DNA of 64,000 bases, taken from a bacterium (GTDB taxonomy: Bacteria > UBA8248). The notes beneath the pieces are model-generated. The model saw nothing but the letters and a program-made list of their open reading frames with translations, was not told the origin of the DNA and did not search any database. Of the stretch, positions 28,231-38,720 are shown piece by piece. Positions within the stretch are counted from its first letter, which is position 1, and each line of letters starts with the position of its first letter. Position numbers and translations under genes: made by a program. Location: NCBI GenBank assembly GCA_965203325.1, contig OZ241875.1, positions 3,552,001 to 3,616,000 on the forward strand, given 5' to 3'.

Positions 28231-28464
28231 ATGTTTTCACAGCTGGATTCCGTATTCACGGTGGGCTGCGATTGCCGTTTCCGGGCAAGGGACCTGGAAA
28301 GACGTGTTCATGACGTTTCCGTAGGCCTTTTTCTCGCGGAAACCCTGTCATTTGTGAAATACACGCAATGGAAGGGACTGCAAATCATTCCCATCGAGTT
28401 TGTGGGGGATGAAAGAAACAACCGGGCGGGGTATGGGGTTTTCAAGTACCTGACGACACCTTGA
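28231..28464 (+). pseudogene. 5'-truncated paralog of the hypothetical protein at 46198-46668
   Basis: DCRFRARD..VSVGLFLAETLSFVKYTQWKGLQIIPI..AGYGVFKYL aligns with DCRFGARD..VSVGLLLAETLDFAEYTQWKNLQIVPI..AGYAVFKYL. Confidence 0.75.
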
Positions 28465-28572
28465 AGCGGGAATGCGCCGGTCGAGGTCCGCCGTGGGCGG
28501 GACACGCCGGCGTATGAAGCGCCGATGACGGCCTGCGGACGCATGCCTGCAGTCCGTGGTCCGGTGCGAATA

Positions 28573-29859
28573 TCAGAACGAATTCGCCGCGATGAAGTCA
28601 TCGATCAGCCGGAACATTTCGCTGAACTTGGGATTGTAGGTCAGCCGCGCCAGGGCCTCCCCGCTTGGGGCGGCCGCAGCGCCGTCGCCGAACACCTCTC
28701 CCCGCCAGGGGCGCGGGGCAGCGAGGCAGCGCGCCACCGCCTCGGCGCTCGCGCCGGAACTCTGGCCGCAGTTCCGATAGTCGCCGTCCACGCCGTAGTG
28801 CGCATTGGCCGGCGCGATATGGAGCGATTGATGGGAGAAACCGGCGATCCGCTGCCCGGGCAGGAAACTGTTGCGGTAGCTGATCCGAGAGTCGGCCGGA
28901 TCGGCCACCTCCCGCGGGTCGCGGCGATACACGAGCAGCCGGCTGCCCGAATGAGAGAAGCGGTTCAGGAAGTAGTCGAGATTGGCGGCGGTGTTGATCA
29001 CGAAGTCATCGGCGCTCTGCGCCATGAATACGGGCGCCGAGACGCGGCGCTCCTCCAGCGATCGCGCCAACTCCCGGGTCAGCAGGAACGTTTCCGCAAT
29101 GGCGTTCACCGGCATCGCCTCATAGCGCGCGTAGTCATCCCGGGCGTCACGGTCCAGCCAATCGAAGACATGACGCAGCCAGACCGCCTGGCGGATCCAC
29201 CAGGCGCGCTCGAGCGCGAGAGCGGGCGAGAATATGAAGGCCCCGCGCACCGCGGCATCGGTGAGCAAAGCGTGTATGGAGAGCAATCCACCAAGCGAAA
29301 AGCCGCCGACGAAGACTTTGTCGACGTCGGTTTTCAGCGTCTTGAGCCCGAACCGGGTCGCCGCCAGCCAGTCGCCGCGATTTGCGTCTAACAGGTCTCC
29401 CGCCCGCGTGCCGTGGCCGGGCAGCAGCATCACCCGAACCAGAAAGCATCGCGCCGCGAACGCATCGGCCAAGTCACGCATGGCCAGGGGCACGTCGGAC
29501 AAACCGTGTAGAAGCAAGACGCCCCGGCCCGGGCGGCCACTCGCCGCCGGCAGGCATCGATCGGCGGGCGCTCGCTCGAAGGGAGTCGAAGCGGCGAGCT
29601 CCGTCTCCAACCGGCGCGGGTCCATGTACACCTTGTGGCGTTCGAGCCTTTTGCGCGTCTGCCGGACATAGTCGCCGAAATCGCGATAACGGCCGGGATC
29701 GAACGGCAATCCCTCGCCTGAGGGTTGAAACCGCGCACCATCGGCTTTCAGGCCCGGGGAAGATGTACCGGCGGAGAGCGATTGGTCGATCGCCACGAAT
29801 CCAAGCGCGGCAAGCAAACACGCCGCTGCGGCCATCACTCTCATGGTCACGTTACTCAA
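28573..29859 (-). CDS. Secreted alpha/beta hydrolase (esterase/lysophospholipase-like)
   Basis: Signal peptide; LLLHGLSD, LPGHG, nucleophile GFSLGG, SADDFVI, SH. Confidence 0.85.
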   Translation of the reverse strand: MSNVTMRVMAAAACLLAALGFVAIDQSLSAGTSSPGLKADGARFQPSGEGLPFDPGRYRDFGDYVRQTRKRLERHKVYMDPRRLETELAASTPFERAPADRCLPAASGRPGRGVLLLHGLSDVPLAMRDLADAFAARCFLVRVMLLPGHGTRAGDLLDANRGDWLAATRFGLKTLKTDVDKVFVGGFSLGGLLSIHALLTDAAVRGAFIFSPALALERAWWIRQAVWLRHVFDWLDRDARDDYARYEAMPVNAIAETFLLTRELARSLEERRVSAPVFMAQSADDFVINTAANLDYFLNRFSHSGSRLLVYRRDPREVADPADSRISYRNSFLPGQRIAGFSHQSLHIAPANAHYGVDGDYRNCGQSSGASAEAVARCLAAPRPWRGEVFGDGAAAAPSGEALARLTYNPKFSEMFRLIDDFIAANSF

Positions 29860-30073
29860 CTGTTTCCGCTCCCGGGTTCACTTCACCTTCCGTTCAAGAT
29901 GCCATCTCCTGCGGTACGCTGCAAATCATTGATCGGGGACGGTGGACAATTGCCGGGGTGCTTTATCGGATGAGCCGCCTTCTCTTCCTCTTCGTTTTTT
30001 CCCGGAACACGGGTATAATGGCACTTCTCCAAAGGGTTTTCTTTCACCAGGGAAGCGCCGTGGGGGTTTCGAG

Positions 30074-31519
30074 ATGGACAGCGCCGGGTTCATCCAAAAG
30101 CTGACGGACGTGGTGGGGAAGGAATACATCCACACCGAGCCGGTGGCGCTCAGGACGTATGACTGCGACGCCCTCACGATCTACAAGGGCGTGCCATCGG
30201 CCGTCGTGTTGCCCGAGAGCACCGAGGAAGTCCGTCAAATCGTCGAAATCTGCCGCGAGTGCCGCGTTCCCCTGATCGCGAGAGGCGCGGGCACGGGCCT
30301 CTCGGGAGGCGCGACGCCGCTTCCGGGCGGCGTGCTCATCGTCTTCACGCGGATGAACAGGATCCTGGAAATCGACTATGAGAACCGCCTCGCGCGCGTG
30401 CAGACGGGTGTGGTGAACCTACACCTCACCCGGAAGACGCTGCCGCACGGTTTTCACTACGCGCCCGACCCGTCGAGCCAGGCGGCATGCACCATCGGCG
30501 GCAACGCGGCGGAGAACGCGGGCGGTGCGCATTGCCTGAAATACGGGATGACCTCGAACCACATCCTGGAGATGACGGTCGTCCTGCCCACGGGCGAGGT
30601 CGTGCACCTGGGCGCCGACGGGGAGGATTCGCCGGGTCTGGACCTGCGCGGATTCTTCATCGGCTCTGAGGGCACCTTCGCCGTCATCACGGAACTCACC
30701 GTGCGGCTCACGCCGAACCCCGAGAGCGTGCGCACGATGCTGGCCTGTTTCTCTCAAGTGGGGGATGCGTGCCGGACGGTAAGCGACGTCATTGCCGCAG
30801 GCGCCGTTCCCGCCGCGATGGAGTTGATGGACCGCTACACCATCGAGGCGGTCGAGACGGTGGTCAAGGCGGGCTATCCCAGGGACGCAGAGGCCGTCTT
30901 GCTGATCGAACTCGACGGCCTGCCGTCTTCCATCAAACCGCTCGAGACCCTGATTCGCGATGTATGCGAAAAAAACAATTGCTCTTCGTTTAATATCGCG
31001 CAGACCGAAGAGGAGCGCGAGAGCCTCTGGATGGGCCGGAAGAAGGCGTTCGGCGCCTTCGGGGTCATTGCGCCCGCCTACTATTGCCTCGACGGCACGG
31101 TTCCCCGCTCCAAGCTGGCGCAGGTGCTGGAAGAATTCGAAAAAATATCCGCCCGCTATGACTTGCGCATCACCAACGTGTTTCATGCCGGGGACGGGAG
31201 CCTCCATCCCAACGTTTTATTTGACGATCAGGTGCCCGGGGAGACCGAGCGGGTGATTGAATGCGGAGCGGAGGTGCTGCGCGCTTGCATCCGGGCCGGG
31301 GGCGTTCTTTCTGGCGAGCACGGCATCGGCATCGAGAAGATCAGGGAGATGAAGGAGCAGTTCGATGAACCCACGCTGTGGATCATGGAGCGCGTACGCG
31401 ACGCCATCGACGAGGACGGCCTGATGAACCCCGGCAAGATCATGCCCGATGAGGAAAACGTGTTCCCGGTCGCTTCCGGCGGCGCCCTCGCCCGGATGGG
31501 CGGGGGAATGACGAAATAA
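30074..31519 (+). CDS. glcD: Glycolate oxidase FAD subunit
   Basis: RGAGTGLSGG, YAPDPSSQ.ACTIGGN.AENAGG.HCLKYG, FHAGDG..HP, GEHGIG. Confidence 0.9.
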   Translation: MDSAGFIQKLTDVVGKEYIHTEPVALRTYDCDALTIYKGVPSAVVLPESTEEVRQIVEICRECRVPLIARGAGTGLSGGATPLPGGVLIVFTRMNRILEIDYENRLARVQTGVVNLHLTRKTLPHGFHYAPDPSSQAACTIGGNAAENAGGAHCLKYGMTSNHILEMTVVLPTGEVVHLGADGEDSPGLDLRGFFIGSEGTFAVITELTVRLTPNPESVRTMLACFSQVGDACRTVSDVIAAGAVPAAMELMDRYTIEAVETVVKAGYPRDAEAVLLIELDGLPSSIKPLETLIRDVCEKNNCSSFNIAQTEEERESLWMGRKKAFGAFGVIAPAYYCLDGTVPRSKLAQVLEEFEKISARYDLRITNVFHAGDGSLHPNVLFDDQVPGETERVIECGAEVLRACIRAGGVLSGEHGIGIEKIREMKEQFDEPTLWIMERVRDAIDEDGLMNPGKIMPDEENVFPVASGGALARMGGGMTK

Positions 31520-31524
31520 ATCCC

Positions 31525-32904
31525 GTGGCTATCAAGCTCGATTCGTTCGCCCAAACCATAGAAGCAGACTTAGGCGATTCCGTCCTGTTGTCGGATGAGA
31601 GGGTGGAGTCGTACAGGCTGGGTGGCAAGACGCCCTCGGTCGTGGTGATCCCCGCCGATCACGAAGCTCTTTGTCGAGTTCTCTCTCGCGCGAACGAAGC
31701 GGGTCTTGCCGTATTCCCCTGGGGAGGAGGCACGGGCAGGAGGACGGGGTATGCGCCCGAGAGGTACGACGTGGCTCTCTCGCTGGAGCGCATGTCGAAG
31801 GCGGTGGAGTTTTTGAAAGACGACCTCACCGCCGTGGTGGAAGCGGGTATGAGCGTCGAGGACCTCAACAGGTTGACGGGCGCCGAGGGCCAGACGGCGG
31901 GTCTCGACCCCCCGCATCCGGGAACCTCCACGGTGGGGGGAGCCATCATCGCGGATCGTTCGGGTCCCATGCGGGTGCGCTGGGGCAAGGCGCGCGACCG
32001 CGTGATGCGCATGAAGGTGGTGCTGGCCGATGGCGCGACCCATACTTACGGCGCGCTGGTGGTGAAAAACGTCACCGGCTACGACATGAACCGCCTCTTG
32101 TCGGGGAGCTGGGGGACGCTGGCGGTCGTCACCGAGTTGGCGATTCGTCTCTACAAGGCCCCCGAACACATTGGAGCGAGAGCGGCCTCTTTTCCGTCCA
32201 CGGACGCCGCATTCAAAGCCGCGAGGGCGCTGATGGCCTCGCCCCTCATGCCCGTTTGGGCAGAAGTGCTGGACGATGTGCGCATCGCCGCTCTGGCGCC
32301 AGAGGACGGGGCCGCCTTGCCCGGCCCGGTGTGTCTCGTGGCTTCTTTCGGGGATTTTGAGGAAGGGCTGAACGATCAATTGGCCCGCTTCGAGGAAATC
32401 CTCGCGAGAGAGGGCAGAGACGACATCTTTCACCTTGATGATGAGGCGACCTCGCGTCTCGGTCACGCCATAGCCGATCCGCCGGGAGGGGATTTCTCCG
32501 GCCCCGAAGTGCTCGCTCTCAGAGCCTCGGGCCGTCTCGATCAGTTGCCCCGTTTCGCTGAGGCGGCGAAGCGCGCCGCCGATTCGGGGAAATATCGCTC
32601 CGCCATATCGGCGCACGCGGGAAGCGGTGTGCTGCGCTCTTGGCTAACGCCTGAGGATGAGGAATCCTCTCCGCTTGAGGCGTGGCGCATCTTCTCTTCA
32701 CTTTGCAGGGAAGGCAGGAACGAAAGCGAGGCCCGCTCGGTACACCTGCGCCTGGATTCGGGGCCGGACTCGCTGAAAGAACAGGTATACGTGTGGGGTG
32801 AGGACGCGCTCGAACCCGGGGCGCTGCAGGTGATGCGCAACATCAAGAAAACCTATGACCCGAAGGGAACTTTGAGCCCCGGCCGCTTCGTGGGCCGGAC
32901 CTAG
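31525..32904 (+). CDS. glcE: Glycolate oxidase FAD subunit
   Basis: VVKNVTGYDM.RL..GS.GTL motif; lies between glcD and glcF. Confidence 0.85.
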   Translation: MAIKLDSFAQTIEADLGDSVLLSDERVESYRLGGKTPSVVVIPADHEALCRVLSRANEAGLAVFPWGGGTGRRTGYAPERYDVALSLERMSKAVEFLKDDLTAVVEAGMSVEDLNRLTGAEGQTAGLDPPHPGTSTVGGAIIADRSGPMRVRWGKARDRVMRMKVVLADGATHTYGALVVKNVTGYDMNRLLSGSWGTLAVVTELAIRLYKAPEHIGARAASFPSTDAAFKAARALMASPLMPVWAEVLDDVRIAALAPEDGAALPGPVCLVASFGDFEEGLNDQLARFEEILAREGRDDIFHLDDEATSRLGHAIADPPGGDFSGPEVLALRASGRLDQLPRFAEAAKRAADSGKYRSAISAHAGSGVLRSWLTPEDEESSPLEAWRIFSSLCREGRNESEARSVHLRLDSGPDSLKEQVYVWGEDALEPGALQVMRNIKKTYDPKGTLSPGRFVGRT

Positions 32905-32918
32905 GAGGAAAGCCCGAA

Positions 32919-34274
32919 TTGGCCACGGACCAAAAAGCAGGGAACGCGCAGGTTTTTCCCGAATACGAGAACCCCTTCGTCGGCCCGGACGCTCCCGACA
33001 GGCGGATGATCCAGCGCTGCATCCATTGCGGGTCCTGCGTGACGAGCTGTCCCACCTTCACGCTGCTCGGCAGCGAGATGGACTCCCCGCGCGGGAGAAT
33101 CTATATCATGCGTATGGTGGCGGACGGGGAGATGGCGCCCGACGAGTCGGTGATGAAACACCTCGATCGTTGCCTGGACTGCCGCGCCTGCGAGACGGCG
33201 TGTCCGTCGGGCGTGCCCTACGGTTCCCTGATAGAGGCGGCGCGGGAAGGGCTCGAAAAAATCAGAAAACGCTCCTTCCCGGTGCGGATATTCAGAAGAT
33301 TTCTCTTCCGTTGGCTTTTGCCGAGCAGGACGCTGCTCAATCTGGCAGGCATGGCCACCCGTCTGTACCAGACTACGTTTTTGAAAAACGTAGTGAGGGG
33401 CCTGCGACTTCTGCCAAAAAAGCTGGCGGAACTCGAGCCCCTGATGCCGCAGGCCCCGCCCGTGTCCTCGATGAGGGCCCTTCCTGCGGAAGTCGCGCCC
33501 ATCGGGGATGAGAAACACCGCGTCGCCTTCTTCGGCGGGTGTATTCAGTCCATCCTGTTCGGAGACGTGAACCGGGCCGCCGTACGCGCCCTGGCGGCGA
33601 ACGGGGCTCGCGTCGTGTTTCCCGCCTCACAGACGTGTTGCGGCGCGCTGCAGGCACACGCCGGGGACAGGGCAGCGGCGAGAATCCTGGCGCGCAAGAA
33701 CCTGGACGCCATCGACGCGAAAGAGTTCGACGCCGTCGTCCTCGCCGGCGCAGGCTGCGGGGCCACGCTCCATGAATACAGGGATCTGCTCGCGGAGGAT
33801 CCCGTCTACGCGAGTCACGCTGCGGCATTCAGCGAGAAGGCGATGGACGTCACCGTTTTTCTATCCAGAATCGGCCTAAGAGAAGCGAACCACCCCGAAC
33901 CCCAAAAAATCGCGTATCACCACCCCTGCCACCTGTTTCACGCGCTCAAGGTCCGCAAGGAGCCGCTCGAAGTTCTCTCCGCGATCCGAAACCTGGAGAT
34001 TGCGCCCCTCGAGGAGAGCGACTGGTGCTGCGGCTCCGCGGGCAGTTACAATCTCACGCAGACCGAGATTTCCATGCAGCTTCTCGACAGGAAGATGGGG
34101 CACGTGAAAGACTCCGAAGCGCCCGTGGTCTGCACGGGCAATCCCGGTTGTCAGATCCAGATCGCGTACGGCGCGCGTAAGCGGGACATGGATCTCCGGG
34201 TGGTGCATCCCGTCGTCCTGCTGGATGAGGCGTATGAGGCGGAAGGCGTATATCAAGGCGCGGTGCTTCCATGA
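32919..34274 (+). CDS. glcF: Glycolate oxidase iron-sulfur subunit
   Basis: Two 4Fe-4S motifs CIHCGSC...CP and CLDCRAC...CP; CCG domains; NPGCQIQI. Confidence 0.9.
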   Translation: MATDQKAGNAQVFPEYENPFVGPDAPDRRMIQRCIHCGSCVTSCPTFTLLGSEMDSPRGRIYIMRMVADGEMAPDESVMKHLDRCLDCRACETACPSGVPYGSLIEAAREGLEKIRKRSFPVRIFRRFLFRWLLPSRTLLNLAGMATRLYQTTFLKNVVRGLRLLPKKLAELEPLMPQAPPVSSMRALPAEVAPIGDEKHRVAFFGGCIQSILFGDVNRAAVRALAANGARVVFPASQTCCGALQAHAGDRAAARILARKNLDAIDAKEFDAVVLAGAGCGATLHEYRDLLAEDPVYASHAAAFSEKAMDVTVFLSRIGLREANHPEPQKIAYHHPCHLFHALKVRKEPLEVLSAIRNLEIAPLEESDWCCGSAGSYNLTQTEISMQLLDRKMGHVKDSEAPVVCTGNPGCQIQIAYGARKRDMDLRVVHPVVLLDEAYEAEGVYQGAVLP

Positions 34275-34520
34275 CATGTAAGCTGAGAGGAGCACGGCCC
34301 CTGGAATCGGGAGCTGTCTTGTGGGGAGTCCCCGCCGCAATATCCAGGTGGCCGATGCAGGCAAAGAGAACTTGATGCCGGCCATGAAGTCCGGAGTTCC
34401 GCTTATCCTCGTTTTCATCATCGCTGTCACCGGGATGGGACATCGGTGAAGGCTTAGGGCTCACTCCCGGCCTCCACGGCAAGCCGGGCCTCGCCGCGGC
34501 GGGAGCCGGCTGAGGTAGTG

Positions 34521-35642
34521 ATGAGATCATCATTCGCATTGATTTTTCTCTGTATGTTCATCGCACTGACGGCGGCTGCGGGCGGCGCTGCCGGAGAAGA
34601 AACCGGCGCCGCCGTGCAAGCCGGGGGTTATGCGTCCCGCGCCGGCGCCGTTCTGGGGGTCTGGCGCCCGGCCCGGCCGGCGCATACGCCCGAGCACATG
34701 GCGCGGGCGGCGAACCGCTTCCTCCTCATACTGAACGACGCGCAGAGACGCACCGCCCACTACGATCTAGAGAGCCCGGAAAGAACCAGGTGGACCAATG
34801 CCCCGGCCCGCGGGGAAGTCGGCGGCGTCGCGCTGGGCGACCTGAACGGCGCGCAGCTTCGCGCATTGCTGGACCTTCTCGCGTCGGTGCTGAGCGAGAA
34901 AGGCTATTACAGGATACGGGACGTCATGCTGGGTGATGACCTGCGCGCTGTGATCGACGGCAGGAGAAACACGGGGGTCGGGATCGAGGCGTTTCGTTTC
35001 GCGGTGTTCGGCGAGCCGTCGGCAACGTCTCGATGGGCGCTGCAATTGGACGGGCATCATCTCGCGCTGAACATCACGCTAGATGGCGATGCCTGGTCCA
35101 TGTCGCCCAGCTTCATCGGCACGTATCCACAGTCATTCATAGTCGCGGGCGCGCAAATGCGGCCACTGGCCGCACAGACGGACCTTGCATTTGAATTCGT
35201 GAACAGCCTGACGCCTGAGCAACGGAGCCTGGGCGTGACCGGCGTACGGCGAGGCGCCTTGCGGGTCGGAGCCGGCCGGGACGGGGTCGTGCCGGAGCCT
35301 GCCGGCATGCGCTGCGATGCGCTGAACGGAGCGCAGAAGAAAAAGCTTCTCGCCCTGGCCTCGCAGTGGTTCGATCTCATGCCGCCGCGCCATGCGCGCG
35401 CACAGCGCGAACGGTTTCTCAATGCGCTCGATAAGACGTGGTTCTCCTGGAGCGGACCGCTTGCGGCTGGAAGCGATGTTTCCTGGGCCATACAGGGGCC
35501 GTCCGTCATCATGGAATATGCGAACGACGCGCGGGGAGGCAGCAGCGGGGGCGACCCTGCGGATCACGTGCACACGATCTACCGCGACCTGGAGCGCGAA
35601 TACGGCGGCGGGCTCCTCGACCGTCCCCGTTCACGTCGGTAG
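34521..35642 (+). CDS. Secreted DUF3500 family protein
   Basis: Signal peptide; R..WTN.P, LS.KGY, FGEP, W.LQLDGHHL.LN, P.FIG..P, HVHTIYRD...YG. Confidence 0.8.
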   Translation: MRSSFALIFLCMFIALTAAAGGAAGEETGAAVQAGGYASRAGAVLGVWRPARPAHTPEHMARAANRFLLILNDAQRRTAHYDLESPERTRWTNAPARGEVGGVALGDLNGAQLRALLDLLASVLSEKGYYRIRDVMLGDDLRAVIDGRRNTGVGIEAFRFAVFGEPSATSRWALQLDGHHLALNITLDGDAWSMSPSFIGTYPQSFIVAGAQMRPLAAQTDLAFEFVNSLTPEQRSLGVTGVRRGALRVGAGRDGVVPEPAGMRCDALNGAQKKKLLALASQWFDLMPPRHARAQRERFLNALDKTWFSWSGPLAAGSDVSWAIQGPSVIMEYANDARGGSSGGDPADHVHTIYRDLEREYGGGLLDRPRSRR

Positions 35643-36419
35643 GCGGGGGTTAGAGGTGACAGCACCAGGGAGCGGTGGTGTAGGGAAAACGCCACAAGGA
35701 GTCGAGTCGTGTGCTTTCGTACTGCGCGCGGTCTCCGGCCTTCGGGCGTCGCCGCCCAAGGAGATGGCGTCCGTAGCGGCGATTGAGCGAACCGACCGGG
35801 CCGCGTCCGGGAACACGTTTCGCATCGTCATATGAACCTGTTCTGCAGGACGTTTGATGGCGGGCGACAATTTACTCAATATCCACGAATAACCGGCAAC
35901 GCCACAATGGGGCATGCCCGGTCATCATTCAACTCACGTTCCTGTCAGGCTGTGTGCTCCTCGTAGGAATCGCGTCATCTCATAAGGCGACAACCCGCGC
36001 ACGACGTCCTTGCCGACCAGCGCCGATACTGCAGGGCGCATATTCTCCGCGGAAACTCCGCGCAAGTACCGGCGCGGAATCGCTGCATCCAGCCTCGCAC
36101 AGTGGCAAACATGCGCCGTCGCCAGCGATGACCGGTACGGCTCTTTCTTGCCCGTTCGGCAGCAAGTCGTCTATGAATCCGGAAAAGCGCTCCACGAACC
36201 CCGCCGCGACAGTGACCTCTATGAGACGCCGGGCGTGATGCCGCGGGAGGTCGGCCGGTGGACCGGATATGCTCATTGCGTCGCCGGGAAAACCCCAGTA
36301 TCCTCGCTCATGTGCGGTGTGTCCCTCTAGCGATAACCGGAGCCGGCAATCAGAGTTCATCAGAGATGCGTCGGACAGTTCACCGCGTTGCAGCACAGTT
36401 TACTGCAAAGGGTTAATCC

Positions 36420-37178
36420 ATGACCCAAAAACTGGCAAACAAGATTGCATTCATAACAGGCGGCAACAGTGGGATCGGCCTGGCTTCCGCGCAAGAGTTC
36501 GCAGCGCAAGGTGCGGCAGTCGCTATTCTGGCGCGCTCCCAAGAGAAGGCTGACAAGGCTCTGGCGCAGATCAGCGGTGATGCTACGGCGGTTGTCGGCG
36601 ACGTTGGCGACCTGAAATCCCTGAAATCCGCGTTTGATATTATCCGGGAAACATACGGCCGAATCGATATCCTGATGACAAGTGCCGGTATCGTGCCGGC
36701 ATCGGTGCTGGGGGAAACCGGGGAGTCGACTTTCGACGATATCTTCAATGTGAATGTGAAAGGCACCTTCTTCGCTGTTCAGTATGCGATGCCGTTGCTT
36801 GGCAAAGGCGGATCGGTCATACTGGTCTGCTCATGCGTCCATGAAATGGGTTCCCGGGATTATGCCCTGTACAACGCAACGAAGGCGGCTGTTCGCTCCC
36901 TTGCCCGCTCTTTCACGCCGGATTTGGCCCCAATGAGAGTCAGGGTCAATGTGCTCAGCCCCGGACCAGTCTACACACCAGTGCTTGAAAACTCGGGTCT
37001 CTCGAACGAGAATATCGAAGCTGTTCGCCAAACATTCAGTGAAAGGCTCGCGGCTGCGCGGGTCGGGCAACCGGAAGAAATGGCGAAAGTGGCACTCTTT
37101 CTGGCATCGGACGACTCTTCGTATATGTTTGGTTCCGACGTCCAGGCCGATGGTGGCATGAATCAGGTTCGGTGGTAG
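36420..37178 (+). CDS. SDR family oxidoreductase
   Basis: TGGNSGIG, YNATK, RVNVLSPGP, DGG. Confidence 0.9.
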   Translation: MTQKLANKIAFITGGNSGIGLASAQEFAAQGAAVAILARSQEKADKALAQISGDATAVVGDVGDLKSLKSAFDIIRETYGRIDILMTSAGIVPASVLGETGESTFDDIFNVNVKGTFFAVQYAMPLLGKGGSVILVCSCVHEMGSRDYALYNATKAAVRSLARSFTPDLAPMRVRVNVLSPGPVYTPVLENSGLSNENIEAVRQTFSERLAAARVGQPEEMAKVALFLASDDSSYMFGSDVQADGGMNQVRW

Positions 37179-37223
37179 CTTCCGGCGCTCTTGAATTTCG
37201 AACGGGGTTAGGAAACAAAGCTC

Positions 37224-37856
37224 ATGACTTCCTCAAGCCTTGACATGTCCAGTGAAGCAGGACCGGCGCTTCCCCCAATCGTAACGGGCAAGTTGATCCT
37301 GAACGGTGAAAACCCGTTTATTCGCCTCAGCCATTCACCTGGTGAACCATTCACCACCGATGCCAGTCTCTGGACGATCACTTATTCGCCCAAAGGCGCT
37401 GGTCATGCCCTGTTCATCAAGAGTGAACTGACTGACAGCCAATGGCGCATTTACTCCGATAATCCAAAAATGGTGAGCTGGCTGCAAGCAACCGTTCAGG
37501 GAATGCTGAACCCGGAAACGGCCAGCAACCGTATTCCTGTCATTGAGGCCGTTTTTTCACAAGAGGGTGATCTGCAGGGCACCTGGATTCAGAAGGTTCA
37601 CTCGGGTGATGACGAAATTACCCTTGCCTGGAGCAATCTGATTGGCCCGCTCCTGATGGCGCACGAACAGCCATCCCAGCTCCCCGAAAGAAAATATGGC
37701 GTCAGTCTCGTTATGATTCCGGCCCTGGAGGCCGAGTTGACATTAAACGCTCAGAAAGCGTCAGGCCAGGTGTGGCCATGCAAGTATGATGGACAACCCT
37801 TCAGCACGGCATCTCTGGCGTTCTCGGAAAGCTGGAGAGAGAGCGCTGAGAGTTGA
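37224..37856 (+). CDS. Hypothetical protein
   Basis: 210-aa ORF co-oriented downstream of the SDR, protein-like composition. Confidence 0.65.
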   Translation: MTSSSLDMSSEAGPALPPIVTGKLILNGENPFIRLSHSPGEPFTTDASLWTITYSPKGAGHALFIKSELTDSQWRIYSDNPKMVSWLQATVQGMLNPETASNRIPVIEAVFSQEGDLQGTWIQKVHSGDDEITLAWSNLIGPLLMAHEQPSQLPERKYGVSLVMIPALEAELTLNAQKASGQVWPCKYDGQPFSTASLAFSESWRESAES

Positions 37857-38720
37857 TGCTGCTTCATATCACCAGACCTCAGGAGAGGGGCTGACCCCTC
37901 CAAACCCTGATGTTCGCAGAGTTGAACACCCCGTCGGCATGTAACCGAGGTCCCGGGGTGGCGGAGAGACCGGCCTCCACGGATTTGGATAACGCTTCGT
38001 ACCGGTGCACGATTCAGTGACGGAATCGGACGGAGGACGTTTTGTTTTCGGCGTCGCTGAGCCCGTTTCCAGACTGCCTCCGCTCAACGGCGTAGAGCCC
38101 CGGCTTGTGCCCCGATTCTCCTAGGACGAACAGCAAAACGAACCGCAACCTTTACGGGACGCGGGATTACTGTCCGTTGACCGTCCGCTTCCGATCTGAT
38201 CAAACCGGTGCTGCGGGTTGGTTCATTCTCAAGGGCGCGTAGGTTGAATCTGTGGATCTCATGCGGGTGTGCCCGAATCGGCGCGCTTCAAGAGGAAAGG
38301 AGCAGTGACGCGCCCCGGCTATGATATCCGCCTGGAACGGCCACCAGAGTGAAGCTCCGCTGCATGGATAACGGCCAGCGGAAGAAAGATATCGTTCCCG
38401 GCCCAGGAATGGGGATTGCGCGAGCGCGACAGCATCCCCTGTCTCGGCATCTTCAAGAATCCGTGGAAGCGCATCGCCCGGTTCATCGATGTGGACAAAC
38501 TGGCGCTACTCGGGCGCGCGGCTGGCAATGTACCCGCTGGCGGGCGGACCCGGATGGGCTTGTCCTTGAACAGTTGTATGTCAAGACGCAGGTCGTGTAG
38601 GCGGCGTCACCGGCGAAGCCGATGCCGACCCGCAACGCGGACTCGGCGCCGACCCACAACGAAAACGCCGACCTGAGGTTCGCCGGAACGCGCCGGTCCT
38701 TGCTGTCCCCGGTTCGGGCT

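Noticed and set aside
35643..36419. Short ORFs in this gene-poor gap, and in 37857-38720 and 34275-34520
   Set aside because: No recognisable family or consistent reading frame; possibly decayed gene remnants but not supportable
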